Origin: Laetmonice hystrix
Lineage: Eukaryota
Direction of reading: 5' to 3'
Assembly (NCBI GenBank): GCA_965235115.1
Contig: OZ249436.1
Location: forward strand, 20,338,001 to 20,402,000
Length of the DNA: 64,000 bases
Position numbers and translations under genes: made by a program
Part shown: piece after piece, positions 38,571-51,125 of the stretch
Layout of the letters: every line of letters begins with the position of its first letter
Numbering within the stretch: the stretch's first letter is position 1
Notes under the pieces: model-generated
Seen by the model: only the letters and a program-made list of their open reading frames with translations
Database searches by the model: none
What the model was told of the DNA's origin: nothing

Positions 38571-41084
38571 CGTGTTAAAACAGCAATGTCTAGACAGCTT
38601 GTATCTTGAGGGGAAAAGCCCGGGGAAATCTCCCGGAAAAAAGGGTCTGTGATATTTTGATTTGAGGCGTCTCCTCTGTGATATTCACAGGTCGGCGTTT
38701 TGGCGGCAGAAAGTTACAAATAAAGAATAGACAGTGATTTCTGTACTTTGTTGCAACGATTTGCTTGCACACTGTCTCTGCTCGCCTAGTCGTAGGAAAT
38801 TTGGTTCATTACATGGTATTGTAATTAACAGACTCACTGAAAAAAAAAGACTGCGTTTTATCGCCGCTTCCAAGACGATAAAACGTCCATATTCATCATA
38901 TTGACGCTTGGCTGATAGTATTCTGAATTTAAATGTATCACAAATAACCTCCAGACAATCCCGATTTGAGTATCGTTCATATTATACTGCATCCTTTGAG
39001 AGAGACAGGCGGATAATATAATCTGTAGTTAGACTTTATCGCTCCAACATGAAAAATGCATTTACGGCTGTGTCAGGCAATTTCTGAATATGACTGGAAC
39101 GCTTTGCACTAGGTCGACCAATATAATTCTCCGAGGTGGAATTAATCAAATTTGCCAGAGAAAAAAAAATGCCTCCTCACAATCCTTTTACATCAATTAC
39201 AGTTCTAAAGTATAAGAACAAAAGTAAAGTGCACCTTTATTTCAGCACTTACGAGTTTGTCTGGGTGCCTCGCAGTGTCAAGAGCTTTACAGACACCCTT
39301 GACTTGCTGGAACGGGACCGTTTCAGTCCATTCTATAGAAAACTAACCTGGTGGTCAGTAATTAACCAGAAGTCTGACTCCACAAGGCCCACAACAACCA
39401 TGACGATTACATGATAATTATACCATTCTTTGTCGTGATTTTACTGTTATAGCGCATATTTTTAGTTCCAGGAGGAGTTCTTGACCCGATATATACGTGG
39501 AACGTGGTTTGTGCGTCAAATCGACCCACACAACGGTCGGTCTTACTGATATTTATATATTTACGCCGTAAAATCCGGTTCTACTTTTTGTGAAACTCGT
39601 ATTGAAGAGCTACATCTGTAGATGATATCTACACTTGAGCACACCGTGATGACACGGCTGGAAGGAAAGCTCTCCGGTTTCTCGATTAAAGAAAGAACAT
39701 TAGCAATGGACATGTGCCATATTTGAACACTCGCGAATTTTGCACCCCCCCCCCCCTCCGTCGGGTTTGACAATCATAGATCCCGACAGATGGTATGAAG
39801 TAAGTAGTAACAATGGCTCGACACTGTGCCCTTCCATATGGCAACAATGCCTTGCTGATTACCTCCATCTAGGCCTATATATAAACTTGGAGCACCCCGA
39901 GATGGTTGCCATATGGAAATGTTATTAAGAGTAATAAGCCGGTCTTGTGGAAGGTTATCCTCCGCATGAGAATACAATATCCCAGGCTTCTTTTGTACTC
40001 GTACGATGCTCCGAGCTGCAAACACCGAAAAGACCTGTGCGCTGAGGTGCGTTCTTTGTGAACGTCGCATGAGGATATCTAGACAGGAAACCGGGCGATC
40101 CGCGATGTCGTATGAATGATGCCTAAATCTGCGCACGACAACGTTGGGCTCCGGTCGACGGAAGGAGGTGAATAGATTCGACTCAAACTTCACACCACCG
40201 GAACTTAATCCTCCCATACTGTCGCTATCACGTATAACACCAATATTACGTGCTGATTGAAAGTTCGATTCTGATTAGTAACCACAATATGCAGCTGATG
40301 GTTTGGGATTTGGGAAGTAAAACTTTCCAATAATTGGTGTTATAGATGTGATGATGTTGGATGCTGCACCGCCTAGTAATTGCTCGTCGGCTTCTGTCGG
40401 CTGGAGATCACAAGGCATTTACCTCTGGTCACTGCACCAAAAATCTGACATCAAAGGAAAGAGAAACTCCAGCAGATCCGAGTCTTTTTGTTCGATATAC
40501 CAATCAGGTAATGTTGCCGTCTCTGTGGTCAGGTCAGAGACTGCTTGATGGATGGCACTCAGACCAGAACGATCTTATGTCTCAAGGATACCGCGAAAAA
40601 CATTGAATGTGTCCTGAATATCTGCATACGCGAGATGGCTTGAAATCTTATTGCATCACATAATGGGACCCGAATAAAAGAAAACATTATGGTATTAGTA
40701 ATTAGGTGATAAATTGGTTTCGTATTCTCTCAACAAGGTCGGAATTCTGCTTTGTTATATGGGCTCATGTAAAGGAGTTTTCGATATAGTACACATCTAA
40801 ATTTTAATGTGGTTGGAAGGAGAAACCAGGCAAATTTACATCCACTTTTAAATTAGATCCAAGCGTTTCCTCTTTTGTATGGCATTGGATAATGATTACA
40901 ACTCCCTGGGAATTGTAAGTTCTTCATTAATAAATCATATGGTTTAGATACGGCAACACAATTTTAAACAATGTACGAGTATACTTAATGTAGGTATAGT
41001 CCTACACATTAGTGTTGGCCTATAAATATTGATATTCGCCGACGTGTCCTGCTTTAAAATAACCTATGAAGAGGATAGTAGAAC

Positions 41085-41665
41085 TCTTGTACATGTTTTC
41101 AAAGAGATAATACACGTGAAACAATGAATAACTTTTACAACCGTTTCATTACCTGAACTCTTGTACACGTTTTCAAGGAGATAATACACGTGAAACGACA
41201 ATGAATAACTTTTACAACCGTTTGATTACCTGAACAATGTACATGTTTTCAAGGGGATAATACACGTGAAACGAGTTCTATTAAGCAATGAATAGCTTTT
41301 ACAACCGTTTGATTACCTGAACAATGTACATGTTTTCAAGGGGATAATACACGTGAAACGAGTCCTATTGAGCAATGAATAGCTTTTACAACCGTTTGAT
41401 TACCTGAACAATGTACATGTTTTCAAGGGGATAATACACGTGAAACGAGTTCTATTGAGCAATGAATAACTTTTACAACCGTTTGATTACCTGAACAATG
41501 TACATGTTTTCAAGGGGATAATACACGTGAAACGAGTCCTATTGAACAATGAATAATCTTTATAACCGTTTGATTACCTGAACAACATGTTTTCAAGGAG
41601 ATAATACATGTGAAACAAGTCCTATTGAACAATGAATAACTTTTATAAATGTTCGATTACCTGAA
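41085..41665. repeat. Minisatellite, ~87-bp unit, ~7 copies
   Basis: TGTACATGTTTTCAAGGGGATAATACACGTGAAAC.. recurs at about 41089, 41162, 41238, 41325, 41412, 41499 and 41583. Confidence 0.93.
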
Positions 41666-42715
41666 CGTTTTATTTGTTTTAGTTCACCTCGTTGTTTTAG
41701 ATTCTGACAGTTTCCAAACTTCTGTCGGTCGAACAGTATAGGCCGAACGTAATCTTTATTAACACACTGCCCTGCGAAAACGTGTAAGGTTTGTAAGGGC
41801 TCATGTAAAGGCGTTTTCGATATAATACACATCTAAATTTTCATGTGGTTTGAAGGAGAAACCAGGCAAATTTATATCCACTTTTAAATTAGATCCAAGT
41901 GTTTCCTCTTTTGTATGGTATTGGATTATGATTACAAACGCTGTTCCTCCAACTACCCAATTGTGGTCTTCTTTTAATATTTTGATGGCAAAGATGGGAT
42001 TATAGCTTAAAGGCATCAGGACGATAAGCCGCTTGAAAATAGGAATTTCGTCCAGACGAAATAGATTTTCAACCCCTCTCAAAACGACAGCGGTTATTGT
42101 AGCTGTAGCTCCACATGCCCCAGATCGAGTCGTTCCCTCCTCATCCCCGCGTCCGCCCCCAAAGTATAAGGGCCGTCAGGCCCCAGTAAATGGATAGGGG
42201 GCATAAGTCTTGTCATCTCCCTATTTCAGGGTATAATGTTTCCATGAATTCCTCTACCCGAAGCCTCAGGGAGGAAAGATAATGAGTATGTATCGTCACA
42301 CACTAAATATCTGACACTTGTCTGTTGTTTTGGCAATTGGTCCGCTTAACGTTTAGGGATTCCCTTTCCGAGGCATTGGAAAAAATCTGTAGTAGAAATG
42401 CTGCTGCATGAGCAATACATAAATGACAGTAGAAATAAATTTTCTACAAATGGGGTTCCTGGTGTTGAGTTGAGCTATAATAATTACTGAAACTTACAAT
42501 TATATCAACACAGCAAGAAAAATCGACTTAGTGATCCCAGTATATATCTGCAATTCCTGTCTGGTGATATCAAAGCGTACCTCCTGTTAGAAGTGGCCTT
42601 CCTTGTTGTCTCCTAGAGGACTAGGATAGAACACATTCTGCCCAGAATGAACCACTTATAAACGTTGTCTAATCGACCTTCAATTCACTCATCTCTCACA
42701 ATGCATATCCTATAC

Positions 42716-44107
42716 CAGGGGCGCCGCTGCCTATTTCAAAGTGGGGGGGGGGACAATCTTGGTGTGATTGACCTTTCCTCCCCAGATTTATGTACCATAA
42801 GAATTAATAACAGTGTATTCCCCCCCCCCCCCGGGGGCGGATCCAAGATTTTTTGTTGCAGGGGGGGGGGGGTCAGAAGGTGCCCGCGCCGAGAGGGGGG
42901 GGGGCTCCGACTGAAAATGTTTGGGAATATAAAAGGCCATAGATGCTATTTTCCGGCTTCTCAGCATCAAACTAAAGAGCTTTCGGTGCCGACCTTTTGC
43001 TAAAAATTGATGTATTAATCAGTCAGGGATTCAGGGGGCTTGCCCCCCTTAGATCTTCCTTTTTTGTATGAAGATGTATTACTATTAGTACAGTTACAAT
43101 GAAATCATGCCGAGCGTAGCGAGGCAAAACATTTTTTTAGGTGGGCCCCACCTGGCCCTTGACATCACAAGAAACAGTATCAAGCAATATTTATCAGAGG
43201 CAAAAACAGTTGACGATTAAGCCTAAAACACACTTTTACCAAATAAAATAGAGACCGTCCCCATCCTACTTGCCACTCTCTGTTCTACCACACTAGGCCT
43301 AGTAAAAAATTGGTAAACCTCACTCATTAATAATAAATGAATACATGGCCTAACGCTGTCAGACAATAATTGAAGCGTGGCCTAGATTTCCTAGAGCTAA
43401 ATAATAGACCTGAATATGCAGGTCTATGAGCTAAACAAGAGACGGTACAGGGGCGGATCCAGCTTTTTCAAGTAGGGGGGTCCAACGTTTTTAGGGGGGC
43501 AACCGGAGTGACTGTACGAGCACCGAAGGCCCAAAGCCTTGCTAAGGGGTCCGGGGGCATGCCCCCCGGAAAATTTTCAAATTCAAGGTGTAATTTAGTG
43601 AAATCTGATGCATTTTGGAGCACAAAATAAGCTATTTAAAGACCAATGATGTCAAAAGTCTTATGTAGCCCTACAATGCCGTGAGGCGCCATTAACGACA
43701 GGAGGGGCGCCATGAAACTTTAGGGGGGTCCAGACCCTATGTGACCCCCTCCCCTGGATCCGCCAGTGTGGTAGGACTGAGGTACACAGGAAAGCTGCAG
43801 GGGGCCTGGGCCGCGGTTAGGCCCATATTAATTATAGAAGAGCAAAGCATAGACCCATCTCCTAAACACATAGGCCTAGGCCTATATTAGGCGAAAGCCA
43901 AGATTAAAAATGATCAAAATCTATCTTAAATTTGCCTCCCATGGGCCATTGACCTTAAAAAGCAGGCATAGGGAGTATAAGAAGACCTGTAGATCTATTA
44001 GGCCTAGCTTCAACTTCAGGGAGCCTTTGACCTTTTTAGGTCGCCAGCAAAAGTGGGGGGGTGGGGACATGTCCCCCCCCCCGTCCCCCCCGGCAGCGGC
44101 GCCCCTG
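42716..44107. mobile_element. CAGGGGCG-terminus MITE (TSD TATAC) with a nested related MITE at 43448-43768 (TSD CGGTA/TGGTA)
   Basis: TATAC|CAGGGGCGCCGCTGCC ... GGCAGCGGCGCCCCTG|TATAC; inner CAGGGGCGGATCCAG ... CTGGATCCGCCAGTG. Confidence 0.85.
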
Positions 44108-44979
44108 TATACAACCATTGAAATTGAATACAACGCTATGCGATCCTTGAAAAGATATTGTGAATTCTCTTCTACGATTTGTTAAAAAAACGGTGATCCT
44201 GCACACCGAGGGTCTGTTTTTCATCGAATGCATTAGCAATACCAAACAATCCGACTGGAGAGTTCACCTCCACCTCATCCTGACTAAATGTGAGGATATC
44301 TACATAAAACTACTGTCATGCAATCCTATTGATGTCTATCCTATGTAATCTACAGTAATGCGCTTTAATGAAGACTTCGGACGTCCCCAAAGTTCACTAA
44401 GTTGTAGACAACGGAACCCGTCGAAATTCCTTATCGTTGATTACACACTAATCTGTTGGGATTCTTTTGCGTGTCGCAAGGACGACTATAGATAATACAG
44501 CCAAACAGACTTTGTCAAAAAGGACTAATGTGTTCATATTGATTTCACTTTCACTCTTAATTTGTCCCGGATAATTTAATATAGCAAAGCGCGGACGCTT
44601 TTAGTTGATTTGAACATATGGTGTCGATTTCTGTTTCTCCTTGCGACTGTCAAACGTACGATTCACTGTAGGTTAATACAAACGTTTAACATGACACTCA
44701 GTATCCGCTGGGTCCCATTAAATATTTCAGAGAACTTCACAGAATGTATATCGACAGAGGTAATACTGTCTGCCCAGTGGTACTTTTCTCTGCTTAATAC
44801 AGATTGTCATATCCCTTGCCTGTTGACTACATATTGAAAGTTTGGATTTTGTATTATTTTACAGGAGGTAGTTCAGAAAGATTAGGACACTATACATCCG
44901 TCGATTAACAAAAAGCTGAGATAGAGACTGCCGCGCATTATACACGTAATGGAGCTCGTTACTAGTTTTCATTGAATCA

Positions 44980-45447
44980 GGCCAGGCTTTTTTAATAGTT
45001 CGGTTTACGCCCCCCCCCCCCCCCGACCATAGATTTCCGAAATTTGGAAAAAGAATTCAAGTTTTATTTATTTTGTCCCCGCCGACAGTACCTGTTGCTG
45101 GGATATTTTTTTAAATTTTAATATTCTGTTGCGGGGGCTTTTTAATATCATATTTATATGCTGAAATTGCTTGACTATAAAAGAGTTACATGGTCTGTGG
45201 GGCAATGTCACAAACACAATTTGTGTAAATACATATTAAACATATTTTGGCAAATGACTTGATTTGTTTATTCTTTTTCAAGAAACTCTTCCCATTCATA
45301 CATTTTTTACCACCTACCGACCTTAAAATGTCAATGTAAATAGGACGTTGATTTTAAAAAAAGTCAATTGCCCTTCTTTTTTCTCCCTACCGACCTTGTT
45401 CTCTGTCCAAAAATGCGCGTAAACTGAAATATTAATTAAGTCTGGCC
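44980..45447. mobile_element. MITE with GGCCA termini and 3-bp TSD (Zator/Harbinger-like)
   Basis: TCA|GGCCAGGCTTTTTTAATAGTTCGGTTTACGC ... GCGTAAACTGAAATATTAATTAAGTCTGGCC|TCA. Confidence 0.8.
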
Positions 45448-45524
45448 TCAGTAGAGTTGCGCCCGTTCGTACTGTTGATATCGTATACTGGGCATCGAAA
45501 GAAACTTATCACTGTTATCTTTAA

Positions 45525-45936
45525 AGGGATGGAAAACACACACGGCAAATAAGGTTTCGTAGACCAAATGAAACACCAGCATTTACCTGAGGGCAATAAA
45601 TGCTACAATTACGTTGTCTGAATGAAGTAATTAACGTGTAGCTGCCCGATGTGTGACGCCGCTGGTTCTGACCTTGCTCTGCTTGTGTGGACGTTTACAA
45701 ACGTTGGGACTCCAAACATCGTTATGTTACGCAATATGCCGTGGTGTGTAGCATTCGGCTCTGATGAACACACAAGCGGGTCAAGGTCAGAACCAGTGGC
45801 GTCACACACACGTCGGCAGTTACACGTTAATTACTTCATTCAGACAACGTAATTGTGGCATTTATTGTCCCGAGGTAAATGCTGGTGTTTCATTTGTTCC
45901 ACGAACCCTTATTTGCCGCGTGTGTTTACCCTCCCT
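45525..45936. mobile_element. TTAA-flanked foldback MITE with ~165-bp inverted arms
   Basis: TTAA|AGGGA ... TCCCT|TTAA; arms are reverse complements, which produces mirror ORFs on both strands. Confidence 0.92.
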
Positions 45937-46185
45937 TTAATAAAAATCAATTAGACAGAAAGCTATTTGAGTGAGTATTTGTTGAGTAAAGATTCTTTAA
46001 AGCTAAAACTTTTTTAAAACCTATAATATCGACCCCCTGCCATATAAATCAGCTTAGTGTCACATGTGAAACTCAAATAAATTGAAGTGAGACCAGCCTT
46101 TATTGTAATGTGAGAACGCTCAGCTGACTCCGTTGCAATCTAAAGCTATATCTTTATCGAACCGCTTGGCCATTTGGATAACCGG

Positions 46186-46470
46186 GCTAAGAGCGTTTCT
46201 GATTGGATAATGCGCAGATGACGGTGTTTCTGATTGGGCAATGCCCAGCTGAGAGTGTTTCTAATGGGATAATGCCCAGATTAGGGTGTTTCTGATTGGG
46301 CAAGGCCCAGCTAAGAGCGTTTCTGTTTGGATAATGACCAGATGAGGGTGTTGATTGGGCAAGGCCCAGCTGAGAGTGTTTCTGATTGGATAATGCCCAG
46401 ATGAGGGTGTTTCTGATTGGGCAAGGCCCAACTGAGAGAGTTTCTGATTGGATAAGGGCCAGGTGAGATT
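46186..46470. repeat. Minisatellite, 31-bp unit containing CTGATTGG, ~9 copies
   Basis: CTGATTGG recurs at ~31-bp spacing. Confidence 0.9.
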
Positions 46471-46519
46471 TCTTTTATTCGATATGGCCGTGCTGAGAAT
46501 GTCTCTGGTTAAATAGAAC

Positions 46520-47335
46520 CGTTGCTGAGTATGTTATGTGCAGTATTTGATTGAATAGAGCCCTGCTAACATGGTTTTGATTGGATATGGCTATGCTGAG
46601 TATGCTATGCGCAATATGTGATGGAATAGAGCCCTGCTAACATGGTTTTGATTGGATATGGCCGTGCTGTGTATGCTATGGGCAGTGTTTGATTGACCTG
46701 CTAACAGGGTTTTGATTGGATATGGCTATGCTGTGTATGCTATGGGCAGTGTTTGATTGACCTGCTAACAGGGTTTTGATTGGATATGGCTATGCTGTGT
46801 ATGCTATGGGCAGCGTTTGATTGACCTGCTAACAGGGTTTTGATTGGATATGGCTATGCTGTGTATGCTATGGGCAGTATTTGATTGAATAGACCCCTGC
46901 TAACAGGGTTTTGATTGGATATGGCTATGCTGTGTATGCTATGGGCAGTATTTGATTGAATAGAGCCCTGCTAACAGGGTTTTGATTGTATATGGCTATG
47001 CTGAGTATGCTATGCGCAGTATTTGAATAGAACCCTGCTAACAGGGTTTTGATTGGATATGGCTATGTTGTGTATGCTATGGGCAGTATTTGATTGAATA
47101 GACCCCTGCTAACAGGGTTTTGATTGGATATGGCTATGCTGTGTATGCTATGGGCAGTATTTGATTGAATAGACCCCTGCTAACAGGGTTTTGATTGTAT
47201 ATGGCTATGCTGAGTATGCTATGCGCAGTATTTGAATAGAACCCTGCTAACAGGGTTTTGATTGGATATGGCTATGTTGTGTATGCTATGGGCAGTATCT
47301 GATTGAACAGAGCCCTGCTAAGAGTGTTCTGATTG
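46520..47335. repeat. Minisatellite, 64-71-bp unit (CTGCTAACAGGGTTTTGATTGGATATGGCTATGCTG..), ~12 copies
   Basis: Direct tandem repetition. Confidence 0.93.
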
Positions 47336-47510
47336 GGGGGGGGGGGGCTTCTGATGCCGGTTAAGGGTTTTAACTGTTCATTAATTTCAACGCCTATTAT
47401 GTTACTAATATTTCTATACTTGTTATCTAGTATAACCTGTAGTGGTGTTTCAGCGAAGGATGAGTAGATAGACAAAACCAGTAATCCGGTCTATCCCGTC
47501 AGAACACAGC

Positions 47511-48201
47511 ATTATACAAATATGGCACTTGGTTGAGTGCAATATGAAAATTTATGGCACGATGGCAACTGAAATTAGTTTACAAAGTGCCATAAATTTT
47601 CATATTGCACGATACCGAGTGCCATATTTGTTTTATTTTATGACTGCCGCACTTTTCCTGTCTATGCCAGGACCAATCGACGACTGAACAGTCATTTTAA
47701 CTTTACTCCATTAGACTCGTCATGCCTACCGGTAGGCCTACGCTGGGCCTCAGTGAGTCAGTAGGCCTACTCCCTATTCTACAGTAAATTCTATACCTAC
47801 CATGGTCAAAACCATGACCAATCTTAACAATCAGTCACCAACCACATAAACCTCTCATGTCGGGAAATTAGATACATGGATCCATCGTGTTCACGACTGC
47901 TTCATCTAGCTAGGCCTAGAGCTAGCCTAGACTAGAGGCTATACAAGATTCTGAAATCAGCCTCGCGTAGTTTCCGCTTTGCTATCATACGCTGTCACCC
48001 CTCCAGGCTGTTATATTAAACTTACGTTAATAATGCGTAAGAGCCTATTTGCACGCGGGGGTGAAGACACTTGACGGCAGTGAAAAAGTAATATTGACTG
48101 GTCAATATTACTTTTTCGGTGCAATATTAGTTTTTATCTGTGATCACGTGACATGGAACTGACCAATCAGGACAGAGAAAGTGCGGAAGCCATTTAATAA
48201 T
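47511..48201. mobile_element. Element with a terminal ~45-bp-arm hairpin plus a separate inverted-repeat pair
   Basis: Hairpin arms ~47516-47560 and ~47587-47631; GACTGCCGCACTTTTCCTGTC (~47642) inverted to GACAGAGAAAGTGCGGAAGCC (~48172). Confidence 0.6.
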
Positions 48202-48877
48202 AGTCCATACTGACGCATACATAAGCCTACAATGTGAGGCCGCCGCCTGGGTCTGGCCGGGGCTGGCAGGGTGGGGTTGGAGGAATCTGTATGTTCAGAA
48301 CGAACCTAACTGAAGTAGCGGTGCTTTGGAGCTGTAGGTGTAACTGTCTAATACATATTTTCTTGAATCTTTATATTGGGGGAGAGCAATGAAACAAAAC
48401 TCTGATGATAGCAGCTGTCGTCTTGAAGTTACAAGACAACCCTTGGCTAGCTTCCCTGGGTTTGGTGAGCCAGCAGCAACCTAGAAAATATCAATATCTT
48501 CCACATAAACGGGAAACAGATGGCCGAATCACAGACCGGTCAATTTAAGTGAGAGAAAATTGTAGATAATGATAGAAATCCATTGGATAAATGGGATCCT
48601 ACCTGTATTACTTGCCAATCAGAGTTTCTAGTTCAAAATGTGTTTGACTCATTACGTCAGGGTTGGTGTCGTGCCGTATTCATGCGCCAGGCATCTCGTT
48701 CCATACTTTCCCGCAGTGAAGGACCCTCGTTCCGTTACATGTTTTTGCTGACCTCTAAAACGCTAAACGATGGTTTCAACAAAATTATATTTCCTTTTTA
48801 CTATTTGATTTTTAGCTGCATAATCCTCCTGGAATTAAGACCTATTGACCTATTTAAATGAGAGCCAGCCTTTCCAG

Positions 48878-49290
48878 TTCATTACTAGCTACATGACCTT
48901 CTACTAGCTACATGACCTTCATTGCTAGCTACATGACCTTCATTACTAGCTACATGACCTTCATTACTAGCTACATGACCTTCATTACTAGCTGCATGAC
49001 CTTCATTACTAGCTACATGACCTTCTTTACTAGCTACATGACCTTCATTACTAGCTACATGACCTTCATTACTAGCTACATGACCTTCATTACTAGCTAC
49101 ATGACCTTCATTACTAGCTACATGACCTTCTTTACTAGCTACATGACCTTCATTACTAGCTACATGACCTTCATTACTAGCTACATGACCTTCATTACTA
49201 GCTACATGACCTTCATTACTAGCTACATGACCTTCATTACTAGCTACATGACCTTCATTACTAACTACATGACCTTCATTACGAGCTGAC
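48878..49290. repeat. Minisatellite, 21-bp unit (TTCATTACTAGCTACATGACC), ~19 copies
   Basis: Direct tandem repetition. Confidence 0.97.
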
Positions 49291-50859
49291 CTTCACCTCT
49301 GGCCTGCAGCCAATATAGGAATCCTATACTTTTGTTTTATAGTTCTGTCCCCTTAGATGGCCACAATAGGTCAGTTCTCTAAATGTACTTACTGTAGGAA
49401 GGTGGTAACACATACACAAAGCAAAGACAAGAGACAGGCAAAGTGGGAAACATTTTAATCCTCGCGAGTGTAGAGAGGTCTGCTTTTAAGTGACGTTGGG
49501 TTACCTGAAAGCTTTCCGCAACCGTTGTGGTTAACAACACGCGATCATAGATAATGGGTTGAGGGACGCCTACAGTTTATCGCGTGCATAAGTCTGACAG
49601 TCAGCTCTGACACTGAAATCATCTAAATCGTTTCCTCGGTTGGGGGTCGTCATCAGTTCAGAATAGACCGTTTTCCAGTTGGCCTCCGAGCGCCCGATGG
49701 TGGCGCTCATGTAACTATGCCTTGGAAGCTCTTCCCTAGCAACCATGTGTTTAGTGTTAAGTGAATGACGCTGAGGCGGGTTAACAACAGTTTTGATCGA
49801 TTTGAGCTGTTTAACTTTGCCAAATGGAATAACTTGACATGTGGAATATTTCCAAGTTGAGGAAGTGTACCTACAGGAGGGGGGGGGGGGTAACAATCAC
49901 AGGAGGCAAAAAGACAACTTTAGTTGCTCTATGCCAAAGTGCCAGTGAACGGGACGTGGAGGTCGATCAAGACGAATTTGAATTCATTGGGAATCCAATG
50001 AGTTTTTTTAACCCCACAAAAAAGATCGCAGTAGTGCCCCATTATTGAAATATTTTCAACTATCTCATCTGCATTTTGCTCATCCTTTTCTCCTTGAAAG
50101 GTTACATCAAACATAGGCCTACACACACCCCTCCCTTGGCACCCCCCCCCCCCGCCCCTGGCGCAAACCTGGATCGCCCCTGGGAAACACCCCAGCCATT
50201 TCTACCCGTGGTCGCCTTTCTTACGGTCTATATTGCGAATAATTCGGTTCTTAAGATGATGTACTAGTGTCCGTTAATGTAGATGAGCAGTAGCGGGTCC
50301 AGGGGTGGTGGTCCTCGGGTTCGGACCCCCCCCCCCCCTTCCAAATTGAGAGTGTGCTATATCAAGGTTAAATAGCGATATAATTTAACCCGCCCGTGCC
50401 GTGGTCCCAGTGCTAAAGAACCATAGCAACCATAGTGCTTCCCAGACATCCGCTCCCCTTCAAGGAGGACGGCCAAACTGGAAAATAGTCGATTCGTTAA
50501 TATGTATACGGGGGTAACGTACATATAAAAGTATATATATGGTAAAACATTAGCCTTGTCATGATAACAAATGGGGGTTTTTTTCAAGATCTAACCACGA
50601 CTAGCCATGACACACAGAAGCTTGGCTGTGAACGCGAGGAAGGCCTATAGGGACAGCCATTGACACTGCCCAGACTGCCCTGAATTGATGCTATTATAGA
50701 GGAGGGTTCGGGTCACACAAAACTTTGGGTTTTGGTCTCATCTGGGAGCGCACCTGAGATGTCTTCCTGGGGACACATGGCAGTTTTTGAGTGCGCCCCC
50801 CCCCCCCCCCACCTCCTTGTTCCGCCGCCTATGTACAGGCGTGGTAGGGTTAGGCACCC

Positions 50860-51125
50860 TAGCCTGGTCCCCAGCTCTATATTGACTACGTATTATAGCC
50901 TGGTGAAGGCTAATCGGTCCTTACGCCGGGCTACCGGTCTGCACCACGCATGGCCATATTGGCCACACTCCAAGCAGAGATCGATCACGCCATTGACGCT
51001 GACCAACGCAACGGAAGCGGAAGTGCTTGGTGATTGAGCAACTTCCTTCCCCTTGTCGGTTTTCTGACAAATGAAATTACCCATCACTTGGCCTAACATG
51101 TAGTGGTAGGCAGGGGACCAGGCTA
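50860..51125. mobile_element. MITE with TAG...CTA termini and 6-bp TSD
   Basis: GCACCC|TAGCCTGGTCCCC ... GGGGACCAGGCTA|GCACCC. Confidence 0.88.

Larger units (their letters stand above)
39520..44850 (-). pseudogene. Decayed Toll-like receptor relic D with satellite and MITE insertions
   Basis: KVPL/DSITSVDI (~44750-44790), MFKSTKSVRALL, SSLKRITVDYIG (~44340-44375), RLIVLMPLSYNPIFAI (~41985-42030). One frame of ~290 codons (40655-39774) has only 3 stops and contains SNIITSI, RNIGVIRDSDSMGGLSS..FESNLFTSF and TIR-box1-like ILYSHAED; then EVISKAL..AIVTTYFIPS. Confidence 0.65.

Noticed and set aside
40215..40260. SARNIGVIRDS read as an L2/CR1 reverse transcriptase motif
   Set aside because: The surrounding frame lacks other RT motifs and fits LRR periodicity better; kept as part of relic D, but a profile search should decide
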